Positions 47,294-60,471 of a DNA stretch of 64,000 nucleotides are shown in pieces; the first letter of the stretch is position 1; the number at the start of each line of letters is the position of its first letter. The notes beneath the pieces are model-generated. The model was not told the DNA's origin and searched no databases. It was given only the letters and a program-made list of their open reading frames with translations. The stretch is from Vitrella brassicaformis CCMP3155. Its lineage: Eukaryota > Protista > Chromerida. Location: NCBI GenBank assembly GCA_001179505.1, contig CDMY01000613.1, forward strand, positions 124,001 to 188,000, in the 5' to 3' direction. The position numbers and the translations under genes were made by a program.

Positions 47294-49490
47294 NNNNNNN
47301 NNNNNNNNNNNNNNNNNNNNNNNNNNNNNNNNNNNNNNNNNNNNNNNNNNNNNNNNNNNNNNNNNNNNNNNNNNNNNNNNNNNNNNNNNNNNNNNNNNNN
47401 NNNNNNNNNNNNNNNNNNNNNNNNNNNNNNNNNNNNNNNNNNNNNNNNNNNNNNNNNNNNNNNNNNNNNNNNNNNNNNNNNNNNNNNNNNNNNNNNNNNN
47501 NNNNNNNNNNNNNNNNNNNNNNNNNNNNNNNNNNNNNNNNNNNNNNNNNNNNNNNNNNNNNNNNNNNNNNNNNNNNNNNNNNNNNNNNNNNNNGTAGACG
47601 TGTGGCTACGACTGGCGAGGTCGGTGGACCTCAGCCAGGCGAGATGGATCTGCATCTCTACCTGGACCCATTGTTCCTCGGTTTTGGCGCTGATGTCTGT
47701 GTGGTCGATGCGACGTTTGGTGGTGAATCTGGCGCTTCGGAGTGTTCGGCCCTTCGGTTCCTGCCCTTGGCTATGTCGCCCTGCCCGTCCACCGAGGATG
47801 TGACGCGCAGCTTCTCTGCCGCCAGTGCCGCCATCCGTGATCTGCAGCGGGAGGGCATCTCCACTGTGCGGTTCGTCACATTCGGATACATAACCGGCTC
47901 TGGGAGCCCGCACCTCTACCTGCTCGATGAAGGCGTCCTCGTCATTCCCACGGTTTTTTGTGCGCTCATCTCGGCTCTGGAAACCGCTATGACCAAGACA
48001 TTCAGCGGGATGCCGCTGGCCGTGCTGCGAGACCACCTTCTGGACTTTTCGAGTCTCGCCGCTTCGCCACTCGAGCGCACCCGGTGGTCCCGGTTTGTGC
48101 GCCACGCGACGGGCAGCCACCTGGTACCCTCGGTGGACGAGAAATGGGTTGGCGAGTGGGTGCGGCAGGCTCTGTGGGCACGGCAATCCGTCCTCGCGAC
48201 AGCCCTTGACGCGAAGGCCGACCAGGACATGGCCAAACTCAAGGTCAGCCATGCATCGAGTAGAGGAGCACGGCAAGGGCATTGCTGATGGGTCACATGT
48301 GTTGTGCAGAGCAGGGGCAAGGCCATCGACAAGGGTGTGCTGGTGAAGCAGCAGCTGGGCCGACTGGAGAGGGACGCCGTGGCTGAGTTCATGCGGGTGG
48401 TCGACAGCTTCAAGACGGCCGAGCCCAAGCCCATCGACCAGCTTCTCAACACCCTCACCGGCCGTCCATTGGGTGCCTACACCATACACACACACATGCA
48501 CACAACAAGGGCATCTGTTGGCTTCTGTCCCGTCAGCTGATGCGCGTCTGCCGTCTGTCGACGACCCAGAGACTGCCAGGGAGAAGGAGGAGGCGGTGCT
48601 CGATAGGCTGGCTGAAGAGAGGCGGCAGGCCAACGACCTCACCGAGACTGTCAAGCGGCTGAGGGACTTCGAGAGATCCATCAAGAACGCACTCGCCATC
48701 AATGTGGGCTGCATAACTATGCCGGCAGACTGGCGGGGCGATTGATGTCTGGTATGTGTGTGTGTTTGTGGTGTGCGGCTTTGCAGGACACTGCCAATCT
48801 CTTGGCCACGGTGTATCAGCTCGACATGCACTTGACGATGCACGTCGACTACACCCATTGGGCCAAGCTGCTCAAGGTCAGCCTGCAAACCTGCACGCAC
48901 ACAAGTGGCCTTTGATCTCTGTCTGCGTGTGTCGTGTGGCGTCAGGAGACCACTGACCTCTGGAGGACCATTTGCTTCAAAGTTAAGCCGAGCCCGGACA
49001 AACAGGTGAGCCGAATGGGAGAGTGACGCCCATCGGCAGCCAGCGTGTGCGCATGTCTGTTCGATCAGGTGAAGGCAGAGTGCGCCAAATTTTTATCAAA
49101 CATGACGGAGGGCTTCCTGTGCGCGCAAAAGGTCGCCAACAGCCCCAAACCAAAGGCAAGAGAACTGCACAGCCCGACACATACACACACGGAGGGAGGG
49201 AGGGAGGGAGGGAGGGGAACCGTCTTCCCATTTGTCTCGTTCATCCTGTTGGTTGTGTCAGCGGCCGAAGGTGTTCTTTGACCTTAAGGTTCACACAAGC
49301 AGCAGGTCGAAGCGCATCGTCATCGATCTCTTCCCCGACGTCAACCCCAAGGCGGCCGAGAACTTCAGGTGAAATCAACGAGTGAGCCAAATGCAGCCAA
49401 CAACGATTGCTGGCTTGATTCGTTCATGTGTCAGGTGCTTCTGCACGGGCGAGAAGGGCAACGGCACCTCAGGATACCCGCTCCGCTACA
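45362..49490. repeat. Near-perfect inverted repeat: arms ~45362-47293 and ~47594-49490 around the gap
   Basis: The arms are reverse complements, including introns (e.g. GTGGCTACGACTGGCGAGGTCGGTGGACCTCAGCCAGGCGA on both sides of the gap). One locally diverged patch lies at ~45990-46145 vs ~48715-48890. Confidence 0.9.
47294..47593. other. Assembly gap (300 N) at the centre of the inverted repeat
   Basis: Run of 300 N. Confidence 1.
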
Positions 49491-50205
49491 GAGGTACACC
49501 ACACCACACCACACTACACCACACACCAGAGGGGAGACGGTGTGTGCAGGCAGCCATGGACGCTTTAAAAATTCCTTTTGTCTGATTGATGCCATCCGTC
49601 CATGCAGGCAGCGCCATACCTTACGCCGTCAAAGGCTGCGACTTGATCGGCGGCTACCTGCCCGACGGCGACAGCTTGACATCGATGACCGAGAGCACCT
49701 ACGGCGCCAACCACAGCAAGTGGGACCACAATCGCTCCCTCATCGCCGCCAGACGGGCGGGCATGGTGCTGCTCATGGACGAAGCCGCCAGCCAGAAAAG
49801 AGGCATCCAGAACTACAGAGAGCACGGTATGGTCCGTCGGGTCGGCGGGCGGCCGCATCATATCCACGTGTTTCAGCCAGCGACTTGCAATCGATGAGTT
49901 GTGTGTGTGGTTTCCTTCCTGTCTGTCTGCTTGTCTGTCAACAAACAGGCGGCCGTTTCATGATAACGGTGGCGTCGGCCAACTCAGCGCAGCATTGTGA
50001 GACTGCGGTTGGGTTCATCCCCGACCTGAAGGACGTCAGCTTCCTGCAGGCCGTCTCGCTCATGACCGACTTCCGACAACCTCAGCCCGCACCCACGCAG
50101 TTCACCCTCGGCGACCTGGCGTATGGGCCGCAGATTGAGCTGCAGCCTCTCATCGTGCCGGTCATCATCCAGGACTGCGGGCAGCTTCCTGATCAGGACG
50201 ACTGA
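47594..50205 (+). CDS. Multi-domain protein ending in a degenerate cyclophilin-like domain, right copy (5' end lost in gap)
   Basis: Same exon structure as the left copy; KVFFDLKV...AAENFRCFCTGEKG...YRG and terminal VIIQDCGQLPDQDD*. Confidence 0.8.
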
Positions 50206-50719
50206 CGGATGGATCGATGGACAGATTGGCGCATTTAGGTCGAGTCGCTTTTTTGGCGGCGTTTGTCTAAGTATGGTGACGGGCTCTCTCTCTCGGTGAC
50301 TGGACAGTCATTGATGGCATGGCATGCTGTAGAGTCATTTTGACACATAAACGTCTCTGCTGGATGAGGTCTCAGAAGGCACACCAGGCATCACCTCAAC
50401 TGCATGCCATTGCAATTGGCCGTTTTCTTCCTCTCGGCCCGTCTGAATTCCTGCCTGCCGGCACCGAATCGTTCGGCTGGCTAGCCACGGACGCATTCAT
50501 GTCGACACGAACTTCACCAGTAAAGGAACGCACTCGCACGCATGTACGAATCAAAAACACGAGACTGAACTGATTCACAGGCAGAGCAAAAACGGTAAAC
50601 CACGCAAGCCCCACATCCGTCCGTCTACATGTCATGCTGCCTGCAGACATCCCAGTCTCCTCCACTAAATGAGCCCCTGTGTGCTGAACAGGACGTCGAC
50701 CTCACACACCTGCCGCCCG

Positions 50720-52328
50720 TCAGCCATCCGTCTGGGGTTCGCAGAGCGGCGTGGCGGCAATCAGGCTTTTGGCATAGTCGGGATACTCCGCAGCCGCCAC
50801 CTCTGCCTCGACACACCGCATCTCCTGCTCCGTCATCTCGACCCTCTCTGCGAGTGACCGCTGCCCGGCAGTGTCGCGGCCCATGCCTCTGGTGTACTCG
50901 AGCAGATTGTGCCTGGTTTGTCAACATAATCACATGGACACAGTCCTATCAGGCCAGATGCATCTGTGAAGGCCAAAGCGGACTCGACGAAATCATTCTT
51001 GAGTTGGGCCACCGCACCACTCAACTGACGACGGCGGACGCCCCTCTGCACACACGGCAGCACGGGGATAATGTGAAGCGAGCCCCTCCTCTCCACCTTC
51101 TCACGCACCTGTAAGGCAGTCTCGTGACACATGCGCTCGATCATCGCGCTGACGCCCTCTATCGCCTTGACCTCCCATTCGATCTCCTTGCGCCACTCGT
51201 CGCGGGACAGCATCTGCCGCATGCCCGAGACCGACTGCACGAGACGGATCTGAATCTTCCTCGCCAGAGATTCGTCGATCGCCGTGCCAAGCTCCTCACC
51301 TCGAGCATAGCCGAATAGTTTTTCGGCCGCCGCCTCCATGGCACCTAGCACCACCATAAGTGGCGTGGGGATGCAGTAGAAGCCGCCTGTGCTGAGCAAG
51401 GGATGGGGCACCCTGCAGACTCTCTTGCGCCAGAACACGTGTTCAACGTCGCCTCTGATGGCCCAGTCGAGCGAGTGCTCATGACGAGGAGGGTCGAGAT
51501 GATCTTGGAGAGGATGGCGGCGGCCCTATCCGAGCGGCCATCTGGCGAGGCTGTCTGGTTGCCGTGTGTGGTGAAAGGCACGAGTTGGTAGCTGGGATAG
51601 GTGACGAAGCCACCAGTGCCGGCAGGGGGATCGCGCTCCCCGTGCCCTGCCGCTGAGGGGCGTGAGGTGCTGAACAGACTGACGAGGCAATAGACGCGGT
51701 CGGTTCCGAATGTCGCCATCTTCACCACGTACGCGGAAAGCAGCGTCCCTGGCCCATAGCCCTCGATCTCAGCCAGAATCGCCCGCTGCATCAGCCGCTG
51801 CTGCTTGAAGAAGCTCTCCTCAGTCATCCAGCCCAACAGATATTTGACTGCATGACAGCGCACTGGAGGTACCTAAAGACATCACAGTGATTGCCACTCA
51901 CCATGGCGGGCCATCGCCAGCAATGATGGTCATAAGTGCGTGTCTTACTTGACGGCATAACGATTCCCGCGCAGAGACAATGTGTTAACGTAGAGCCGCC
52001 TGCCGCGCTCACACATGGCCTTGGTGTGCTGCCCCCGCTGGACGTGCTGCTTCAGACACTCGTCGCTGCAGTAACGTGGGCTGACCTCAGGCACACACCG
52101 ACCGCACTGGCCGGGCTCTGGCGCCTTCTTTTGCCGCACACGTGCTGGATCTGATGTTGAGGCGTCCATTCGCACCTTGTAGCCGGCCATCTCACTGGAG
52201 TTGAAGGGAAGTCGGCCGTCCGCGGCGCTTGCCGTGCTTGTGGCGGTTCTTGACTCATTGCCGATGAACATGCCAGCGAAACGAGCGGCTGCCGGGGCTT
52301 CATCACCTTCGTCGATGGGTCTCGACAT
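50720..52328 (-). CDS. MYND-type zinc-finger protein with irregular frame joins (gene model uncertain; may be a pseudogene)
   Basis: CGRC...YCSDECLKQH...HTKAMC fits the MYND pattern. Downstream ORFs (51345-51863, 50833-51438, and a frame ending TGA at 50720) look coding but are not joined by typical introns. Confidence 0.5.
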
Positions 52329-52401
52329 CGTGTGGGAGCAAGGGAGTAGCGAAAATCTCCCGGATGACGATCCTCCTCGCTAAGCTCGCAATAGCAGTTC
52401 G

Positions 52402-55400
52402 ATGCGGCATTCATCGCGCTCTCTGCGCATCAGGGCCTCCTTTGTGTGCTTCCCAAGGTCGTCAAGGCAGCAATGGAGATCTCTGGCTCAGGCAGCCAAT
52501 TCAGCAGCAGCAGCGGCAGCTGCAGCCCCAGATGCCAGATCCAGTCATTCCCTGCCCTCCTCTGGCCCTCCCCAGCCCTCCCACCCCCTCTCAGCACCAC
52601 ACACACACCGCCTCAATGGATCACCTCTCGACTACTTCGCCTATCACTCCTCTGTGGACGACGATATCGGTCGGGTGTTTGTGACGGATGAGTGCGCGTC
52701 TTCCCTGCCGGCCCTGTGCATGATGGTTGACGCCATCGCGTCGGCCAACTGCCCGTCGCATATCGACCACTTGGCGCTGGTGAGGCTGCCGCAGATGCTG
52801 GCTGAGCCTGGGAGGGAGGCCGCCTACAAGTCGCAGGTGGGGTCGCTGCCGGTGGAGGTCAACTTCTCCTGCATGAAGGCTCTGCTGCGGCTGCCCCTGA
52901 CGGCCCCGCTGCCGTCGCTGCTGCTGCACCTGATCGACAAGACGAAGGCGACGGACCTGACGGCAAATGAGCAGATGCAGGGTGGGTGTGTGGGTGGAGA
53001 GTGAGCCGAGCGATTCGCATCGAGAGGTTCATCTGTGTGTCAGGTTTGTCGCTGCTGGCTCAGTTGAGGAAGAGCCGTCACGGGAAGTGGGGCGACTACC
53101 GATCTAACGAGGTGCGGCCGTATCCTGCAGACAGATTCATCATCGCATCGGCCGCCGATGTATCAACGGGTGTGTTTGTATCTATCTATGGGTTCTTTAG
53201 ATCGCCAACTGGGTGCAGGCGGTGTGTGAGGGTCGCGAGGGCAGGTCGGTGGCCGAGTGTGTCAGCATCTATGAGGCGGCCGAGTGGCTGACCAAGGCGG
53301 AAGGGAGAGACCGAATCAGACAAAGAGCCATCAAGACGGTACGTATGTAAACGAAGCAACCACTCGCCACTTAGACGAGGCAGACACACACGTGTGTGTG
53401 TGCGTGTGTGTGTGTGTGTGTGTGGGTGCAGCTCCATTCTCTGCTGTCTGGCGCGTCATCGCGTCCCAGTGTGGTTCGCGATTTGCCGCTGGCATTGGGT
53501 GTGGATGCATTGACCAAGGAGAACCCCAAGTGGAGATCGGACCTCAAGTGAGCCAAACAAACAGAGGGAGAGAGGGAGATCGAGATGGAGACGGTAACGA
53601 TCCTGATGTGCCTCCTGTGTCTGTCTGTTGGACAGAGTGTTGCTCGAGCGTCCCCAAATGGACGTCGCCGTCATGTGTGACGTCTTTGCCAAGGTCTACG
53701 ATCCCGCAAATGTGGTCAGATGCATGGCACACGAGCACAGCCAGCCCGATGGCTCGTGTGTGCCCATGTCATCTGTGTGTGTCTGCACCAACCAACAGGC
53801 GTTGAGCGGTGTGCTGATGCGCATGCTGTGGTCCCGCATCAACCGCTCCCTCTCGTCCCTCCAGACACACAGCCTCATGGCCATGATGGACGGCATCAGG
53901 ACACTTCAGGCAAGGAAGCAGACGGGAGAGAGCCACACACATGCCCTCTACACACACATACGTGTCCCATCCCTGCCCCTCTCTGTCCCTCTAATCTGCA
54001 GCTGCAGTCGATGCCGAAGGACGAGCAGTTTCTGCGCGACGCACCCTCCCAGCTGCTGGCCAAACTGTGGCCCAGGGCGCTTTCCCTCATCGACACCATG
54101 AGCACGGAGGACTTCGCTAGGGCAAGACACAAACCGACACCTAGGGCGTCCGTCTTATGCGGGGATGAATGCCATCCATTGGTGTGTCTTGTGTGTGTCC
54201 GTCAGGTGTGTCTGACCTACCTGCACCAGCTGGTGCGGGAGAGTGTGCCGCACTCGTCATCGGCGGCCGCCGCCACTTCTGCTGCTGCCTTCATGCGCCG
54301 ACAAGACGACGAACAGGCTGCTGCTGAGGGGGAAGAAACCACCAGAACTTGTATGCGCCCATCCATCCATCCATCCATCCGTCCATGGCAAAGGCGGTCA
54401 AGTCCTCTTTATGTGTGTGTGTGTGTGTGTTTGTGTAAATGTCAGCACCGACGTCACGTCGCCGCACGACCCCATTCGAGCTGACGCGGTCGTCCCAGCT
54501 GCTTCGCGAGCTGCTGGGGGCACTGGACAGGAGAGCGGGAGAACTCAACATGCGGCAGTGGGAAAAAATCGCCAAAGAGGTCAGTCAGTCAGTCAGTCAG
54601 TGACCGCACCACACTATACAACACTACACACACCCATTTAGCCATCTCTGTGCCTGCCTGCAGCTGTCCCCCCTCATCGAAGAGGAGACCGCTATCCACC
54701 CTGGCATCCACCCAGCGGCCGCCAGACCGCCCCAGACGCACACCGATGCGCCTTCGTCATCCGCCGCTGCCTTGATTCCCTCGTCAGCTCGGTGGGCTGG
54801 GTTTGACCACTCGCCTTTGGAGGTCATCTACACGACGGGCGGGCGGATGTTTGGCGATGCGGAGAGGGAGATGGGCGAGCGGGAGATGGAAGCGCTGCGG
54901 GCCGACCTCCGGCTGATGCCGCTGCACGATGTCTGCTCCCTCCTTGCGGGGCTTTATGAAAGTGAGATTAGCCAGGCCGACAGAGACTCCGGTTTTGTGA
55001 GATTTCTCTGTGCGTTGCGACTGTGACTCTGTGTGCGTGTGTGTCTTCAGTTGGTGCGCGTCACCCACATGTGTTTTCGGTGCTGCAGCAGCACATTGAG
55101 ACGCAGCTGGCGGAGAGAAGCGACACCCAAACCCTGCCTCTCAAGGTGAGTGCCTCCGAAGGCCGACCACCCTGGCCACAGGACAGGTGTGTATGTCACT
55201 CACTGTTTGCGTGTGTGTGCATCAATCAGGAAGCCGCATTGGTCCGTTTCCTCGGCGCAATGGACCCGGCGCTCATCAAGGGCAACCACGGACCATCGTC
55301 AACGACAGCAACGACAGCCCTATCGGGTGACTTGGAGGGCGACACGGCCCCTGTGCAGCAGATGAAGACGTCGCTGCTGGACCGGGTCCACGCGGCTTTG

Positions 55401-58400
55401 CACGAGTCGCTGACGCCCCCGTCACCGTACAGCGTCCGCATGCTGCTCTGGCTGGTCGACAAACTGTGCGCCAAGAACCGATCTAACAGGTAGGTGCGTC
55501 CATATGGCTGGCTGGATGGGTGCCTTTGACGTGCTCTGTGCTGGTGCGGTGTGGTGTGGTGTGCGAGTGTAGGTTTCGGTCGATGCTGCACTCTGAGGAC
55601 CTCGTCAAGAGGATCGTCGAGGTGAGAGAGGACACGCAGGGCAGGTGCACTGAGGATGTGTGTTCGTGTCAGTCATGCATCTTGGTGTCTGTGTGTCTGT
55701 GTCTGTGTGTGTGTGCAGTGCATCGGTGCCTGTCCGTCTAAAGAGCGTGAGGCGCTGACCGCCGAAGAGCTCACGCAGTTCCTCAAGGCCGTGCAGAACA
55801 TCCCTAACAAGGTCAGGTGGCCGCCCCTCTCTCTTGCTCATGAAGACCTTGTGTCACCCATCCATCCATCCCTCCACTTATGTGTGCAATGCAGCCTGTG
55901 TCAGCCTACATGCTGGCGCTGCGTTTGGCGGTCCCGCGGCTGTCGGCCTTCCCCACACACGCCTTCGTCGACTTCCTCTCGGTGAGTGCGCACCGCCACA
56001 CACACACAAATGAGCGTGCCGTGCATAGATACTCACGGCTGACTTTGTATATTGCAGGTGGTCGCTCACCGGGAGGCCATCGTCATGAAGGCAGAGGCCA
56101 AACCGTGAGCCGACGACAAGCACAGCACACACACAGACCGACTCACACATTCGACAAATGCTCCTGTGTTTGTGTGATGCTGAATGGATGGATGGATGGA
56201 TGACGTCCGTCAGTCACCCGTACACGCCCCGGGGTCTGCTGCGTGAGGCGCTGCTGGAGGGGCTGCGGAACCAGAGTGTTGGGGGCCTCTCCTTCAGGCA
56301 GCTCGTGGCCACATTCGAGGCACTCGGCCGACTACACTTATACGAAGAGGGCGTCATACAGGTAATGTGTGTGTGTGCGGCCGGGGCAACACAGACAGAC
56401 AGACAGACATCCGTCTGTGTGTATGTCTGTGTCTGCAGGGTTTTCTGGAGCAGACGATGAGCTGCCCTCTGCACCTGTTCTCCAAGTAGGTCCAGGGTAT
56501 GTCTGAATGCCTTGCTATGATGGCTGTGTGTGCAGGGGCGACTTGACGGCGCTGTTCGGCAGTTTTGTAGAGCTGAGAGTCCACGACGCTCCTCTGCTCA
56601 ACAGACTGGTCTCATGGTCAGTCACCACACACACACACACCTCTCTCTGATAACGCCCTCCCTGTCTGTCTGAAGGTACGTCCACTCCCTGACCAACATT
56701 TTGCCGGAGCCCTTCGACAACGACGGCCTCGACAAACTCAGCCAAATCGCTCTGCAGCTCGCCGCGGTGGCCTTCCCACAAAACAGACACACACACACAC
56801 AAAGGGATGGATGGATTCACCACACACGACATGTGTTTGTTGTGTGTGGTGTGTGATGTGTGGTGTGCAGCTGGGTTTCAACACTCGTGAGTTCACCCGT
56901 CTGTGTGCGGACGCCCTCATGGCCTCCGCACTTAGCTACCCACACAGAGTCGCTCTGCTCAATGCGCTCGCCAGATTCCACCGATTCGAGCCTCCGTAGG
57001 ACGACACAAACAAATAGACCAACACACAGACCCCCTGTCTCCCTGTCTGTCTGTCTGTCTGTCCACGGCATCGCACGTGTGTCTGGTGTGCCTGGTGTGT
57101 TGTGCTGTGTTGTGTGCAGGTTCAAGGACGCCTTCATTAAGCTGAAAGACGACTACCAAGACAACAAGAGTACACACACACACAGACACACACACACACA
57201 CACAGAGGAAGAAGGCAGCGAGCAACACACTCATGTCATGCGCCCCACACACATCCATCACACACACTCAACGTGTCCACCAGATCTGCTGAGCGACCGC
57301 GACATGTCCCGGCTGTCTCAAGTGTACATCTGCACGTCCTACGACGGGCCCCCCAGCCTGAGGGCCATGCTGGGCGAGGAGCAGTACAGGGACTTCATGC
57401 AGCAGGTGCCATTCGACGTCTGGTTCAGGGAGCAGGAGGAGCAGCTCAAGTTCAACGCCACGCAGGAGTGGTACCAAACCATCGAGGTAAGCTAGCTAAG
57501 CCGAACCAACCGGCATGCAGCAGGCAGGCACACAGACAGACAGTGGCCGACAGGGGCTGACAGGGATGTCATCTCATCGTTGTGTGGCTCGCTCTGTGGT
57601 GTGGTTGTTTTGTGTGTCAGCGTGTGATGGCTATGTTGCCAGGCGACTACCACGAGTGGCGTCACGAGGTGACGGAGGTCTACGGCATCGACTTCGTCAA
57701 ACCCAAACCACCCGGCAGGGAAAACGGTCAGCCACACACACACGGGGATGTAGGGAGGGAGGACTGCGGAGAGCACCTGTCCTGTGGATGTGTGTGTGTG
57801 TGTGCCGACAGATACATCAGAAGCTCGCGAAGCGCTGCTCGTCATACCGCCCCGGGACCACCTCAGGTCAGTCAGTCAGGGACAGAGAGACAAGACCATG
57901 GATACGCCCGTCCGCTGTATGGCCGTCTGTTCGTTCGTTCGTTGTGGTTGTCTGCAGGTGGTACGTGCCCGTCGCTGGCGGAGGGGCGGCCGCACCAGGT
58001 TAGCAGAAGAACGCACCAAGCCAGCCAGCAATCATCCCGGTGTGCCTGTCTCTCTCTCTCTCTGTGCGTGTGTGTGTGTGTGTGTGCAGAGGCTGGCACA
58101 TCGCCGAACCGGTGCAATGGGTGAGTGAGGGAGCGGAGACGGAGAAACCGATCGGCTTGTGTGTATATATGTGTGTGTGTGTGTGTGTGTCGATCGTCAT
58201 ATGGACCTATCAGGACCAAGGTAGTTGTTGGCAACAGTCTGTTGAAGGTGAAGCACCTCCACGGCATATGGGGCTACAATGTCGCCGCACTCTACCTCGC
58301 TGAGGTCAGCTCTACCAGCCAGCGGGGCGACAGACACACATACACACACAGATGTCTTGTCTGTCTGTCTGTCTGTCTGGTGGTCAGTGGAACGAGCTGC

Positions 58401-58602
58401 AGACGGACGATGAGCGGAAGGCCTACCTAGAACAGGCAACCAACCTCATTACCAACACACGAAGTGGTCTCGCGCGCAAATGCATGTGTGTGTTGTGTTG
58501 CGCGTTGTGCTGTGGTTTGGTGTGCAGGCTTTGGCCAAGAAGCGGATGTTCCGGCCCATCCAGCCGGCATCGTTCACACATGGGCCGGCCGACGGCATAT
58601 AG
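52402..58602 (+). CDS. Large helical-repeat protein with C-terminal RAP-like domain and organelle-targeting-like N-terminus
   Basis: More than 20 short exons. The C-terminal LLKVKHLHGIWGYNVAALYLAEWNELQTDDERKAYLEQAL fits the RAP pattern (LK.rhL...Gy.v......W..l......YL). N-terminus MRHSSRSLRIRASF... is Arg/Ser-rich with no acidic residues. Confidence 0.65.
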
Positions 58603-59111
58603 CTCGTGTGTCAGTCATTGTGTGAGGGTGTGTTGATAGCAAACCAGCCAGACAGCCAGCTGCCCCTCCCCTTAATGATGTGCGTGGGACCTGCTGAAGG
58701 TCATCCAATGAGACAGAGAGACAATGTTGGCATGCGGAATATACACTCCTGACCGAAAGCATCTGTCTCGCTCAGGCTTACATCATCGCGTGAGACCCGC
58801 GAGTGGAGTGCTGTACGGGAGTGCGATTCCACTTGGCAAGGGCAAGAGTCGTTATGTTTCATGGACGGGCTGCTGCGTGAACACGTCGATTCTGCAAGCC
58901 CCCTCGCCATCCCCGTGCAGCTCTGGACAAAATAGATGTGGCATGCACGGGGCAGATGTGTTAAAAAGTCTTGATAAATACAAACCGCACCACCCAACCT
59001 AACCTTGTCCCGTGAGTTCATCATACGCACACACCTTACTCACTGGTGGCAAGTACACAAACAAACAGACAGATATGCACCCCACCTCCGAACGTACAGC
59101 TTCGCCCCTCC

Positions 59112-60361
59112 TCAAGTGGCTGCCTGTAGCAGCGGCTGCTTCAGCGGATCAATCCTGTCCTCACCGTTGTCGAGGGACGCGCCATGCATGGCACTCTGAG
59201 ACGAAATCCTCCTCGCCGATCCAGACGGCTGTGCATGTTTGGTGCTGTGTGTATCATCAGCATCCGTCACCGAAAAGGCTGCACTTGGTGTTCTCGCAGG
59301 GGTAGCAGCATCGGCCCGGCGCTCAGCTTCCTTGCTGGCCCGGCGCTCAGCTTCCGCAGCTTCCGCCTCGGCATGCTCCTCTCGGAAATCCTCACTGAGT
59401 GCCTTCATTCGAGCCTCAAGGTCGGCGATCCGCTTGTTGATCTCCCTGAGCGAGGCATGGCAGAATTACAATATACAGACAGGCACGCCCAGGGATGGAT
59501 GGGAATGAGTGAGTCAGCAAGTAGGTATGAGTGTTTCCCCTTGCAGGGCCCTGACCTAGCTACCTGTCACATTGCTCCATGGTCATCAGCCCGATTCTGC
59601 GCTTCCAGGCCCATCTCCTACGGAGCCAGTCACGGATATACTACAGACAAGACCAATTTGAGACAGACAGACAGATCACCGCGGAAGGGTCGGTCAGGTG
59701 GTCTCCTGGCTGTGGCACGCACCGCACCTCCTTCTCCATCTCCTGCACCTTGAGCATCGCCTCCCTGAACTTGGGCAAGTCGTCAGCGTCCACAGTGCCA
59801 TCTAGGTTGACGTACTCCACCACCATCCAGTAGTGGGCAAAGGACGGAGCAAGCGCCAAATCGGGCGTGTAGCGCTCATACGCATCGTTGACCGCCAGGA
59901 TGGAAGGGCCACTCGGCCACTGCTCTTCCGGAAGGGGCGGGTGCGGCACTGGTATCTTGACGACTGGTATTATGGAACCCATCAATCCTCACCCGTGAGC
60001 CGGGAAAGGGGAAGCGATGGATGAATGATTCAGTAGATCCCCTCGGCAGTGTGCGCACCTTGGCGTTTGGAGGTGGGCTGCAACACAAAGAGAAACATGA
60101 TGTGCGAGCTTAGACGTGTGAGAAGTGCACGACCCCCCGTGACAGCAGGGTCACAAGAAGGTAGACCACTGCAGACAAGGTGCCTCCGAAGGGAATGAAG
60201 ATCTCAAGCCTGACTACGTATGCAAGGATGAATGAATGAATGAATGTATGTAAAGCCTCCCACCGTCCACCACCACACACCGTCTCACATCGTCCCCCAC
60301 ACCACACACACCACATGCAAGCGTCCCACCTCCCAATAGAACACTCAATGGCCGGCGGCAT
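59112..60361 (-). CDS. Hypothetical protein with one predicted N-terminal transmembrane segment and a coiled coil
   Basis: Phase-consistent join MPPAIECSIGR / LEIFIPFGGTLSAVVYLLVTLLSRGVVHFSH / PTSKRQ / GLMGSIIPVVK...EMEKE / YIRDWLRRRWAWKRR... / REINKRIADLEARMKAL...AT*. The 5' exons are less certain than 59112-59985. Confidence 0.55.
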
Positions 60362-60471
60362 AGCAGCATAAAGAGTGTTGCCGGCCACGGCGTCTATTGG
60401 TGAACGTCAAAAGGCTATCTGGCTCGATGACTGGATCGCTGGAGGGAGCAGAAGGGAGCAGGTCGATCAAC

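Noticed and set aside
46555-48900. 781-aa and 565-aa ORFs spanning the gap
   Set aside because: Artefacts of N translation joining the antisense of one arm to the sense of the other.
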